This document shows positions 39,510 through 47,882 of a stretch of 58,998 nt of DNA, one piece after another. The DNA comes from an uncultured Eubacteriales bacterium. GTDB lineage: Bacteria > Bacillota_I > Bacilli_A > RF39 > UBA660. The stretch spans positions 1 to 58,998 of the forward strand of contig OMST01000008.1 in assembly GCA_900313815.1 (NCBI GenBank), in the 5' to 3' direction. The translations under genes and the position numbers were made by a program. Below the pieces are notes generated by a model that was not told the origin of the DNA, ran no database searches, and worked only from the letters and a program-made list of their open reading frames with translations. The first letter of the stretch is position 1; each line of letters begins with the position of its first letter.

Positions 39510-40508
39510 TTAATATTTTTGCAAATTGTTATTATATAATTTTAAAATTGGTCCCTTTTCCCTTAGCTTTTTATCACGTAATTTAATAAACCTATCATCA
39601 GATAATACTCCAGATACAATAAATGGCATATCTGTATTAATTGGCATCTTTTTATATTCAAAAGTAGCGTATATATCATGTTCACCACCAATAAGCACTT
39701 CTAATTCAGATTCATTTTTGGTCAATACTATTAATTTATGCATTATATCTTCTTCAAAATAATCAAGAATCATTCCAGGTTCTACATCTGATAATTTAGA
39801 ATAATCACAATTACATTGTACTCTTGGTAAACTAAAATAATATTCTCCTAATTCTTTTACTTCTTCTTTAGTTTTTACATTTCTCCCATATTTTAATTCA
39901 CAAGTGTATGTACAATATTTAAAATATCCATCATTTTGTAAAAATATTATTTTATCAACATCAGCATAGTATTTTAAACCATCAAAATGACATTCAACAG
40001 TATTATTTACAGGGTATCTATATATTGGAATTAATATGAATTTTTTACCTATTATTCCAACTACGTTATATAATTGATCATTATACATTATTACATCGCA
40101 CCAACTAATATGTATGTTCATACCTTCGAAATAATCCACTACTTCTTGTGGATAATTTGAAAATTCAAAGTTAGCTTGTATTTTCTTAATTATTTCATTA
40201 TCATCACCTTTATGTATATGATGAAAAAAACCTTTAATATTCTCTTTAGGTAATTTATAAATAGTATCTAATTTAACTAATGTTGGATTATAACCAGAAT
40301 ACTCTATTATTGCTCTACTATTAACATATCTTTCTTTATTTTGAAAGATGTTTGAAGTACATGGAAAACCATAGAAGGAATTTTCGTCTTCCATACATAC
40401 TAAATATGGCCTAATCCTATGATTTTCTGGTATTCTATTCATTTCCTCAGGACTAAGTGGCATATAAGCCCAATATAATTTAAATATTTCTGAAATCTCG
40501 CATTCCAT
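39510..40508 (-). CDS. Hypothetical cytoplasmic protein
   Basis: 332 aa, Cys/Tyr-rich. The N-terminal stretch FKLYWAYMPLS...IRPYLVCME loosely recalls a PemK/MazF-like SH3 barrel; this resemblance is weak. Confidence 0.45.
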   Translation of the reverse strand: MECEISEIFKLYWAYMPLSPEEMNRIPENHRIRPYLVCMEDENSFYGFPCTSNIFQNKERYVNSRAIIEYSGYNPTLVKLDTIYKLPKENIKGFFHHIHKGDDNEIIKKIQANFEFSNYPQEVVDYFEGMNIHISWCDVIMYNDQLYNVVGIIGKKFILIPIYRYPVNNTVECHFDGLKYYADVDKIIFLQNDGYFKYCTYTCELKYGRNVKTKEEVKELGEYYFSLPRVQCNCDYSKLSDVEPGMILDYFEEDIMHKLIVLTKNESELEVLIGGEHDIYATFEYKKMPINTDMPFIVSGVLSDDRFIKLRDKKLREKGPILKLYNNNLQKY

Positions 40509-40623
40509 GTACCATTCCCCTTTAAGTGATTTTGTATTATAACACTAATTATCGATTTTATCAATTTATCCAAATTGATTTAGAAAAAAAATTGTGTTAC
40601 CATTATATTAATAGGAGGTAATT

Positions 40624-41121
40624 ATGGAAGCAGTAGAAGCATTTCCTAATGGAGTTATAGTTGTACCAGAAAAACAAAGTATCATTCAAAAATTTAAAAA
40701 ATATTATAAAGAAAAAATAATTGATACTGGAAAATCAGAGAATTTTGAAAAAACAGTTGATAAAGTTGCTACAGGAGTTAAAACTGCTGTTAAAGTTGCT
40801 GGAACAATAGCAACAGTAATATTAGTAATATGTCCTGCTGATGGACCTTTCGGTGAAGTATGTACTGTTTTAGCAACCCCTGCACTATGTGCTCTTGTTG
40901 ACAAAGTAGCTGATATGGCTAAAAAAACAACAATATCTGCCAAAAGAGATATGGAAAAAACTATGGGATACGAAGGCATGGGACAAACTGATATTGAAGG
41001 ATATAATGATTTAAAAGATGTTGTAGAAGATGCCATAGGAATTAAAAAAGCATCAAATGATTTTAATTCCGCAACTCATCCTGATAATACTCAAGAAGAA
41101 GAAAAATCTCATACAATGTAA
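40624..41121 (+). CDS. Hypothetical protein with a central hydrophobic, Cys-containing core
   Basis: 165 aa with strong RBS AGGAGG. Core is VKTAVKVAGTIATVILVICPADGPFGEVCTVLATPALCALVDKVA, and the tail is acidic. One of only two plus-strand genes. Confidence 0.5.
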   Translation: MEAVEAFPNGVIVVPEKQSIIQKFKKYYKEKIIDTGKSENFEKTVDKVATGVKTAVKVAGTIATVILVICPADGPFGEVCTVLATPALCALVDKVADMAKKTTISAKRDMEKTMGYEGMGQTDIEGYNDLKDVVEDAIGIKKASNDFNSATHPDNTQEEEKSHTM

Positions 41122-41131
41122 AGGAGTAAAA

Positions 41132-41398
41132 ATGGATAATTTTGTAATAGTTAAAAGAGAAAATGGTGAACAAATAAAAATTGAAATAGTATTAAGTTTC
41201 AAAATAGAAGAATATAATAAACAATATATTGCCTATACAATAAATAATGACAATATTCAAGATGATGTACCTTTACTTATTTCTGAAATAGATCCTGTAA
41301 CTCAAAAGATAAAAAATATTCCAGAAAATGAAAAAAGTATTGTACTTGAAACATATAATCAAGTTAAAAATTCTATATTAAATGAAAATGAGAATTAA
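41132..41398 (+). CDS. DUF1292-family small protein
   Basis: Start reassigned to MDNFVIVKRENGEQIKIEIV at 41132 (RBS AAGGAG); 88 aa. The pattern (short acidic protein, YIAY...DDVPLLISEIDP) matches DUF1292/UPF0473 from memory. Confidence 0.55.
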   Translation: MDNFVIVKRENGEQIKIEIVLSFKIEEYNKQYIAYTINNDNIQDDVPLLISEIDPVTQKIKNIPENEKSIVLETYNQVKNSILNENEN

Positions 41399-41414
41399 AA
41401 ATAATTCTCATTTT
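41385..41414. terminator. Bidirectional terminator between convergent genes
   Basis: Perfect 13-bp inverted repeat aaaatgagaatta (41385-41397) / taattctcatttt (41402-41414) spanning both stop codons. T-runs lie on both sides. Confidence 0.65.
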
Positions 41415-42849
41415 TTATTTCTTTATATAATTCAACAGAAATTCTAGTTAATGTATCAGCATCAACCCTATCAACTTTTATAACCTTAGCACATTTAGAT
41501 TTACAGTTATCATCCATCATTGTAGGCATGTGTCTAACGTGATAAGATCTAAATGGTTTAGTATAATGAATTCCTCCACCATAAGCAAAATGATTCTTTT
41601 TCCAATTATAGGTCACTAATTTATCATCTTCAGATACAACTCTACCATATTTAGTAAAGAATATATTATATATTTTATTACCACTAAAACCTCCATCTTC
41701 CTTTAATTCATCTACAATCGCATAAAAGAATCCATTTACACAATATATATCCCATGTTATAGTTTTTCCTTTACCTACATTTGCAATATAATGGCTATAT
41801 ATAAATATTGGGTATTTTGCATTCTTATCATTAATACTACTTGGTTCACGCTCATATTCATAATCTTTCTCATATGCAACAACATTATCATCTGTAGAAT
41901 ATGTTGTATATGTTTTCAAATTACGCTTGACTAATTGTTCTTCAAAGAATTGTAATGTTGGTAATGTATCATAATCAACCTTAACGATAGTTGATTTATT
42001 TGTTAAAGTATTTATTAATATAACAATGAATATGGCAAGAGAAGCCAGTATTAAACTACCATATCCTATAGTTGATTTATTATATTTTACAAATTTTTCT
42101 ATTTTATTAACCGGAGGCCAATTCCTGATAGACATATAAATTAATATAATAGATGGTACACAAAATACAATAATAGAGATTATCATCAGAGTATAATATC
42201 CTGTATAATTAAATCCTGCCAATGTCTGATAGTCAAAACTTGATTCAAATGTGCTCATTATTAAAACAACTAGCCAAATAGAACCAACTAAAGCTAGTAT
42301 AGCCATCACTAAACTAGATATAGTTTTTTTGTTTGTAGGAATTTCATAATGATCAGCCATTAACTTAGCAGCTCCATACGAAATAAGAGTTATAACAAAT
42401 GCAAACAAATTTAGTGTTGCAAAAATAGCATACCCTACGCCATTCCAACCAGAAGCTAATTCTGCACCTATTATGTCAATAACAAACATTATCGCAAAGA
42501 ATATCGTTAATTTTTTTAAAATCTTTTTTGCTTTTTTGGCAAACCTTAATCCTTTTGAATCATTAATAGAGTATTCTTCAATACTTTTTTTCTTTTTATT
42601 TCGGTTTATTACTGCTTTTGTACCTAAAAATATTATAAGAGATATTATTGAAAAACTCATACTATATGCAGCTATCATAGAAAATGTCATACTATTTTTA
42701 TAATTATCCATCTGCCTAACAGCAAAAAATCCAAATATGAAATATCCTGCTAAAAAAACAAATATTAATATTTTAGATATTTTATTTGCTTTTATAATGT
42801 ATTTTAATTTACCAGATTTTTTAATTGTTTTATTGTTTTCTTCTTCCAT
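41395..42849 (-). CDS. Hypothetical polytopic membrane protein with a C-terminal soluble domain
   Basis: 484 aa with about 8 hydrophobic segments in the first 290 aa, then a ~190-aa Tyr/Lys-rich domain. No motif recognised. Confidence 0.5.
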   Translation of the reverse strand: MEEENNKTIKKSGKLKYIIKANKISKILIFVFLAGYFIFGFFAVRQMDNYKNSMTFSMIAAYSMSFSIISLIIFLGTKAVINRNKKKKSIEEYSINDSKGLRFAKKAKKILKKLTIFFAIMFVIDIIGAELASGWNGVGYAIFATLNLFAFVITLISYGAAKLMADHYEIPTNKKTISSLVMAILALVGSIWLVVLIMSTFESSFDYQTLAGFNYTGYYTLMIISIIVFCVPSIILIYMSIRNWPPVNKIEKFVKYNKSTIGYGSLILASLAIFIVILINTLTNKSTIVKVDYDTLPTLQFFEEQLVKRNLKTYTTYSTDDNVVAYEKDYEYEREPSSINDKNAKYPIFIYSHYIANVGKGKTITWDIYCVNGFFYAIVDELKEDGGFSGNKIYNIFFTKYGRVVSEDDKLVTYNWKKNHFAYGGGIHYTKPFRSYHVRHMPTMMDDNCKSKCAKVIKVDRVDADTLTRISVELYKEIKNENYF

Positions 42850-42990
42850 AATTACCTCTATATTATCTAATATAATAGTACATTAATTATGTTTTATTGT
42901 CAATTGTGCTTATTTATTAAATAGGTAATTATTTCACTATTTGTTACCTTAATCTTTAAATGATAATTCGCAATTATATATATAATTTTA

Positions 42991-44085
42991 TCAATTATTA
43001 TTTGATATATTAAGCATTATCCCAATGCTAATCATTGATACTAATAATGAAGAACCTCCATATGAAATGAATGGAAGTGTTACACCAGTAATTGGTACTA
43101 AACCTACAACTACACATAGATTTAAAAGTGTTTGAAATATTAATAAAAATGTAAAGCCAAATATTAGATATTTTCCAAACAAATCAGTTGTATTAATTGC
43201 TTTTTTAATTAAATTATAATATAGAAATATATAACCAATAATTAATAATACCGCTCCTATAAAGCCAAATTCCTCTGTTATAATTGAAAAAATAAAATCT
43301 GTTTGTGGTTCTGGTAAATAAAAGTGCTTCTGTCTTGAATTTAAAAATCCAAATCCAAGTAATCCTCCAGGACCGATAGCATACAAACTTTGTATCATTT
43401 GAAAACCACTACCTAGAGGATCTGACCATGGATTTAAAAAAGATGTAATTCTTGATAGTCTATATGGTGCAATTAAAACTAGTATTACTATTCCTATCAA
43501 ACCTAGTATTCCAATCTTTATAAAAATAGAAATATTGCACCCACTTATAAATATAATCCCTATTAAAGAGCAAACAATAACCATACCACTACCAAAATCA
43601 GGTTCTAACATTATTAGAGCAAAAAATATTATTATTACGAGTAATATTGGTAATATAAATTTTATAGTATTTCTCTTATATTTATCATTCCTAGATAAAT
43701 ATTTGGATGTAAAAATAATCAGGGATATTTTCGCAAGTTCACTAGGTTGAAATCCCAGTCCAAATAAACCAAACCAACTTCTACTTCCATTTCTTATACT
43801 ACCTATTCCTGGTATTAAAACTAAAATAAGTAATAAAAAACAAATACCTAAAAAAAGATTTGAATAATTTTTATACACTTTATAATTAATTTTAGAAAAA
43901 AAGATCATAAGAATTATTCCAAGTATAAAAAATACACCTTGAGATATTGCATATTTATATATATTTCCATACTTGAAATCTGCCCATATATAAGAACTAG
44001 AATATATCATAATAATACCTACTAAAGATAATACAATTGTAATAATAAATATTCTTTTATCAACATTTATTTTCATTATTTCCAC
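42991..44085 (-). CDS. ftsW: SEDS-family peptidoglycan glycosyltransferase (FtsW/RodA/SpoVE)
   Basis: 364 aa, about 10 TM. Patterns SRSWFGLFGLGFQPSELAKI, PEPQTDFIFS and LPFISYGGSS. Confidence 0.8.
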   Translation of the reverse strand: MEIMKINVDKRIFIITIVLSLVGIIMIYSSSYIWADFKYGNIYKYAISQGVFFILGIILMIFFSKINYKVYKNYSNLFLGICFLLLILVLIPGIGSIRNGSRSWFGLFGLGFQPSELAKISLIIFTSKYLSRNDKYKRNTIKFILPILLVIIIFFALIMLEPDFGSGMVIVCSLIGIIFISGCNISIFIKIGILGLIGIVILVLIAPYRLSRITSFLNPWSDPLGSGFQMIQSLYAIGPGGLLGFGFLNSRQKHFYLPEPQTDFIFSIITEEFGFIGAVLLIIGYIFLYYNLIKKAINTTDLFGKYLIFGFTFLLIFQTLLNLCVVVGLVPITGVTLPFISYGGSSLLVSMISIGIMLNISNNN

Positions 44086-44149
44086 CTAATATAATTTTAT
44101 TTATTTAGATAAAAATAATGAGTTAATATATTAGAAATATAAAAGTATA

Positions 44150-44178
44150 TAAAAAAGCAAATACATATGTATTTGCTT
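44150..44178 (-). terminator. Rho-independent terminator after mraY
   Basis: aagcaaatac (44155-44164) / gtatttgctt (44169-44178), followed by U6 on the minus strand. Confidence 0.6.
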
Positions 44179-44182
44179 AATA

Positions 44183-45175
44183 TTACATCCAAACTCCATA
44201 ATAGATAGCAATCATTCCTAACATAAATCCAACTATTAAGAACAATTTAACTATATCGGTTTCTTCCCATCCTAGTTTTTCAAAATGATGATGTATTGGT
44301 GCCATTAAGAAAACTTTTCTACCAAATTTTTTAATAGCAGTTAATTGTATAATTGATGAAAGTGCTTCTACTACAAATACACCACCAATAACTGCTAAAG
44401 AAAGTTCATGTTTTGAAAGTATTGCTATGGCAGCAAGAGCAGCACCTAAAGCTAAAGATCCAGTATCACCCATAAACACTTTAGCAGGGTGAGTGTTATA
44501 AACTAAGAAACCTAATAATGAACCTACTAATATAAAGCAGAATATAGCCATTTCTTCGTTTCCAGATACCCATGTTGTTCCCCAACATATAATACCAAAC
44601 GATAAGAAAGCAATCATTGAAAGTCCACCAGCAAGTCCATCTAATCCATCTGTTAAGTTAACAGCATTAGAAGATCCAACTAGTAAGAATAAAATAAATA
44701 TGCCATAAAACCATTTTAAATCAACATTAATTCCTAATGAAGTGATTCTTAAAAAAGTATCTCCTCCACCTTGAATATATATATAGAAAAAAATTAGCGC
44801 TATTAAAACTTGTACTAATAACTTTTGTGCTATAGATAATCCTTCATTATTCTTTGCTTTTATTTTTAAATAATCATCTACAAATCCTAAAGCTCCATAA
44901 GAAATAAATACAAATAGTATTATTAATAAACTATGTGTTATTTCTAGACTTCCTCTTAAATATAGCAACAGCATTGTAAGTAGTGTTGGAATAATAAATA
45001 TTAATCCTCCAATAGTAGGTGTTCCTTGCTTACTAGCGTGTCTAAAAGCAGTAAATATACTTATTGTTTGACCACACTTTAATTTTCTTAATAGTGGTAT
45101 TAAAAAATATCCTAATATTACTGCTACAAAAAAGCTTAACATTAATCCTAATATACTTTTAGCAAGTATTAACAT
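44183..45175 (-). CDS. mraY: Phospho-N-acetylmuramoyl-pentapeptide transferase
   Basis: 330 aa. Patterns GTPTIGGLIF, NAVNLTDGLDGLA, MGDTGSLALG and APIHHHFE. Confidence 0.95.
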   Translation of the reverse strand: MLILAKSILGLMLSFFVAVILGYFLIPLLRKLKCGQTISIFTAFRHASKQGTPTIGGLIFIIPTLLTMLLLYLRGSLEITHSLLIILFVFISYGALGFVDDYLKIKAKNNEGLSIAQKLLVQVLIALIFFYIYIQGGGDTFLRITSLGINVDLKWFYGIFILFLLVGSSNAVNLTDGLDGLAGGLSMIAFLSFGIICWGTTWVSGNEEMAIFCFILVGSLLGFLVYNTHPAKVFMGDTGSLALGAALAAIAILSKHELSLAVIGGVFVVEALSSIIQLTAIKKFGRKVFLMAPIHHHFEKLGWEETDIVKLFLIVGFMLGMIAIYYGVWM

Positions 45176-45254
45176 ATTAAAATCACTTCCTCTATATCAA
45201 TTATACTTTATTTACATAATAATGCACAAATATTTTACTATTTTAATGTAAAGT

Positions 45255-46181
45255 TTAAATAGTAAGAAAAAACATCTCCAATAATTTATTTTTATCTAAA
45301 CTATTTATTTTAACATCTATATCCATATCACTAAGTTTATATAATATATCTATTATTTCATCATTTTTGAAATTATTAGAGTATTCGCTCATCCTTTTAA
45401 CTACATATAAGTTCACTCCTAATTTTCTTGATATTTCTTCTACACTCATTTTATTAATTAAATTTTTAACTTGAAATAATGTCCTAAATTGTTTAGATAG
45501 AAAGTCCATTATTACTATACTATCTACTCCACTAGATAATATTATTTTATAACTATCAAACATTGATCCTGTATTTCTTTCCATAACTGCATCTGATAAC
45601 CTAAACATTTCTTTTTCATTATTAATACTAACTACTTTATCTATTACTTCTTCTGTTAATTCATTTTTACCATTTAAATATAATAATAATTTATTTACTT
45701 CATTTAAAGTTATATCTACGTTATTATCAGTTAAATTCAATATTTTTTGTACTTGTTTATATGTTGCATTTATCTTATTATCTTTAAATATTTTAGTAAC
45801 ATATTCATGTAATGCTTTATAATCCATTGTTTTTATTTCTTCTACAACGCACTTTTCTTTTAACACTTTAATTATATGCTTTCTATTATCTAAAATGTCA
45901 TCTTTACATTTTAATACTAAAGCATTATCATTCATATTATCAATATATTTTAATAATTGTTTTTCTTCTTTTTCTTTTAAATTTTTAAAAGTCCAATTAT
46001 TTACTATAATTGCTTTCTTTTCATTAAATAAATCTATATAATTTAATTCATTTAATATATCTTCTATATCTATATCATCATAATCTAGTTTAATAATATT
46101 TTTAATATCTAATTTTTTAATTAAAGAATTAATTTTATCTTTTATAATATTAATTTCATTACCACAAAAAACATATATCAT
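45255..46181 (-). CDS. holA: DNA polymerase III delta subunit
   Basis: 308 aa. Patterns LFNEKKAIIVNN and LNEVNKLLLYLNGKNELTEEVIDKVVS are typical of HolA. Confidence 0.6.
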   Translation of the reverse strand: MIYVFCGNEINIIKDKINSLIKKLDIKNIIKLDYDDIDIEDILNELNYIDLFNEKKAIIVNNWTFKNLKEKEEKQLLKYIDNMNDNALVLKCKDDILDNRKHIIKVLKEKCVVEEIKTMDYKALHEYVTKIFKDNKINATYKQVQKILNLTDNNVDITLNEVNKLLLYLNGKNELTEEVIDKVVSINNEKEMFRLSDAVMERNTGSMFDSYKIILSSGVDSIVIMDFLSKQFRTLFQVKNLINKMSVEEISRKLGVNLYVVKRMSEYSNNFKNDEIIDILYKLSDMDIDVKINSLDKNKLLEMFFLTI

Positions 46182-47050
46182 TATTTTTTATCCTTTACAA
46201 TGATACTTCTACAACTAGAATCTAATACAAAATCTAATACATTATTTATTGGTTTATTATTAACATAAATAATTTTATTAGTATAAGCTATTTTTAATGC
46301 CTTTAATAATTCATATAAAGAAGTATATAATTTAACTTTAACAATAGTAGGTTCTCCTTTATGATTAATAGTTATTATTGTATTATCATACATATAATCT
46401 AGACACATTGCTTTATGTATTGCTAAAATATCTTCTACTCCATAAAATACACATTTATTATCTTTAAATCTTTTATTAGAATGAACTAAACATATATTTA
46501 AAAAAGCATTAATATATTTTTCATATGCATTTATAGAATATAAATCATTTTTATCAACACATATATAACAATTCTTCATATTAAAAACATTCATAAACTC
46601 ATCAATAGCCTCTAATATTTCCTCATATGATTCATGATTAATTACCATATCTCTTAAATCATATTTTTTATTATATAAAGAATTTACTACTAATGTTGTT
46701 TTACTATTAATACTCTTATTTAATCCATATTTAGTTAGAGATTCTATAATATCTGTTTTCTTTAGTTTACTAACATTTTTTAAAGGGTTTAATTGTTCTT
46801 TTTTATCTATAAAATCATTTTCTATAACAAGAGAATTATATTTGCCACCACTATATTCCATTTCTTTTAATCCAACTATTCTTCCACTAACTGGACTATA
46901 TATATATTTCCCATCACTAGTAGTACCAAGTGACATATTATGATAAACATTCTTACTTTTTTTAATTCTAAGTAATTCCATATTATCAAATGGAACATAT
47001 ATATAATTAGGAGATAAATAAGTAATATATTCTTGTATTTTTTTAGCCAT
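46181..47050 (-). CDS. Hypothetical protein
   Basis: 289 aa. N-terminal IYSPVSGRIVGLKE resembles a barrel-sandwich hybrid motif. Its stop overlaps the holA start by 1 nt. Confidence 0.45.
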   Translation of the reverse strand: MAKKIQEYITYLSPNYIYVPFDNMELLRIKKSKNVYHNMSLGTTSDGKYIYSPVSGRIVGLKEMEYSGGKYNSLVIENDFIDKKEQLNPLKNVSKLKKTDIIESLTKYGLNKSINSKTTLVVNSLYNKKYDLRDMVINHESYEEILEAIDEFMNVFNMKNCYICVDKNDLYSINAYEKYINAFLNICLVHSNKRFKDNKCVFYGVEDILAIHKAMCLDYMYDNTIITINHKGEPTIVKVKLYTSLYELLKALKIAYTNKIIYVNNKPINNVLDFVLDSSCRSIIVKDKK

Positions 47051-47119
47051 TATTTAACACTTCCTATAAATAATTATATATTAAAAATATACTTTTTAAA
47101 AGTATAAATTATGCCATTC

Positions 47120-47148
47120 CAAAATAAAAACTTGATTACTCAAGTTTT
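47120..47148 (-). terminator. Rho-independent terminator after yneF
   Basis: aaaacttga (47127-47135) / tcaagtttt (47140-47148) with a 4-nt loop. The minus-strand tail is U-rich. Confidence 0.6.
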
Positions 47149-47401
47149 ATTGAAATCTTTGCATTTGTTTCATCATTTGATTTACTTGCTTTTGACTAGG
47201 ATTTCTACCCATACCTCTCATTAAGGTTTTAATCATTTCCTCATTAATTGGTGGATTATCTTTTAATTGCTTTTTAACTAGTTTTCTTGATATTAATAGC
47301 CCTGCTACTACACCAACTATTAAACCAATAACTAAATATAATACATCCATCCATACATTTCCAGTACATTTAACTGTTTCTAATAATAACATAATATTCA
47401 T
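47147..47401 (-). CDS. yneF: UPF0154 (YneF) family membrane protein
   Basis: 84 aa. One TM followed by [38 protein letters not shown], the YneF signature. Confidence 0.8.
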   Translation of the reverse strand: MNIMLLLETVKCTGNVWMDVLYLVIGLIVGVVAGLLISRKLVKKQLKDNPPINEEMIKTLMRGMGRNPSQKQVNQMMKQMQRFQ

Positions 47402-47434
47402 CTCCTATAAATAATTTTATCATATACATTAATA

Positions 47435-47842
47435 TTAATGCAAGGCATCTAATAGAAAATAATCATGATGTTCAAAATCACATACAAATATATTTTTTTT
47501 ATTAGATATATCATTTAAAAATGATGGATTGTTTTTATTAGAATTAATCTTTATATAAGTGTTATTTATTATCATTTTAGAATATTCATCTAAATAATAA
47601 TTATTTATACTATGGGTATAGTTATAACATATATAGTTTTCATCACATAAGTTTTTCTTTTTAATATCATTAGATATTTTATCTCTATATAATGGATTTA
47701 CTATAGTATTAAATATTTCATAGCATAATATTACGTCTTTATTATGATATATACTTTCTAATATTGAATATAAACTATCATAATTATTTTTATATCTTTT
47801 TAATATATCTTTTTTAATTTCAAATAAATAAAATGTTCTCAT
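47435..47842 (-). CDS. Hypothetical protein, candidate SirA/YneE-like sporulation inhibitor of replication
   Basis: 135 aa. N-terminus MRTFYLFEIKKDILKRY...YH and C-terminal IFVCDFEHHDYFLL resemble my recollection of B. subtilis SirA. It lies immediately upstream of yneF, as sirA (yneE) does in B. subtilis. Confidence 0.4.
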   Translation of the reverse strand: MRTFYLFEIKKDILKRYKNNYDSLYSILESIYHNKDVILCYEIFNTIVNPLYRDKISNDIKKKNLCDENYICYNYTHSINNYYLDEYSKMIINNTYIKINSNKNNPSFLNDISNKKNIFVCDFEHHDYFLLDALH

Positions 47843-47853
47843 AAGAACATTTT
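47830..47853 (-). terminator. Hairpin after pbp2B that encloses the start codon of the next gene
   Basis: Perfect 10-bp inverted repeat aaaatgttct (47830-47839) / agaacatttt (47844-47853). The 4-nt loop holds the ATG complement at 47840-47842. An AUUUAUUU tail follows. Confidence 0.5.
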
Positions 47854-47882
47854 ATTATAATTGATTTAAATATTTTGTCGAA

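Noticed and set aside
40704-41036. 110-aa minus-strand ORF antisense to the 165-aa plus-strand gene
   Set aside because: The plus-strand ORF has a strong AGGAGG RBS and is followed by a coupled DUF1292 gene. The antisense ORF has no start context. Only one can be real, and the plus-strand gene is better supported.
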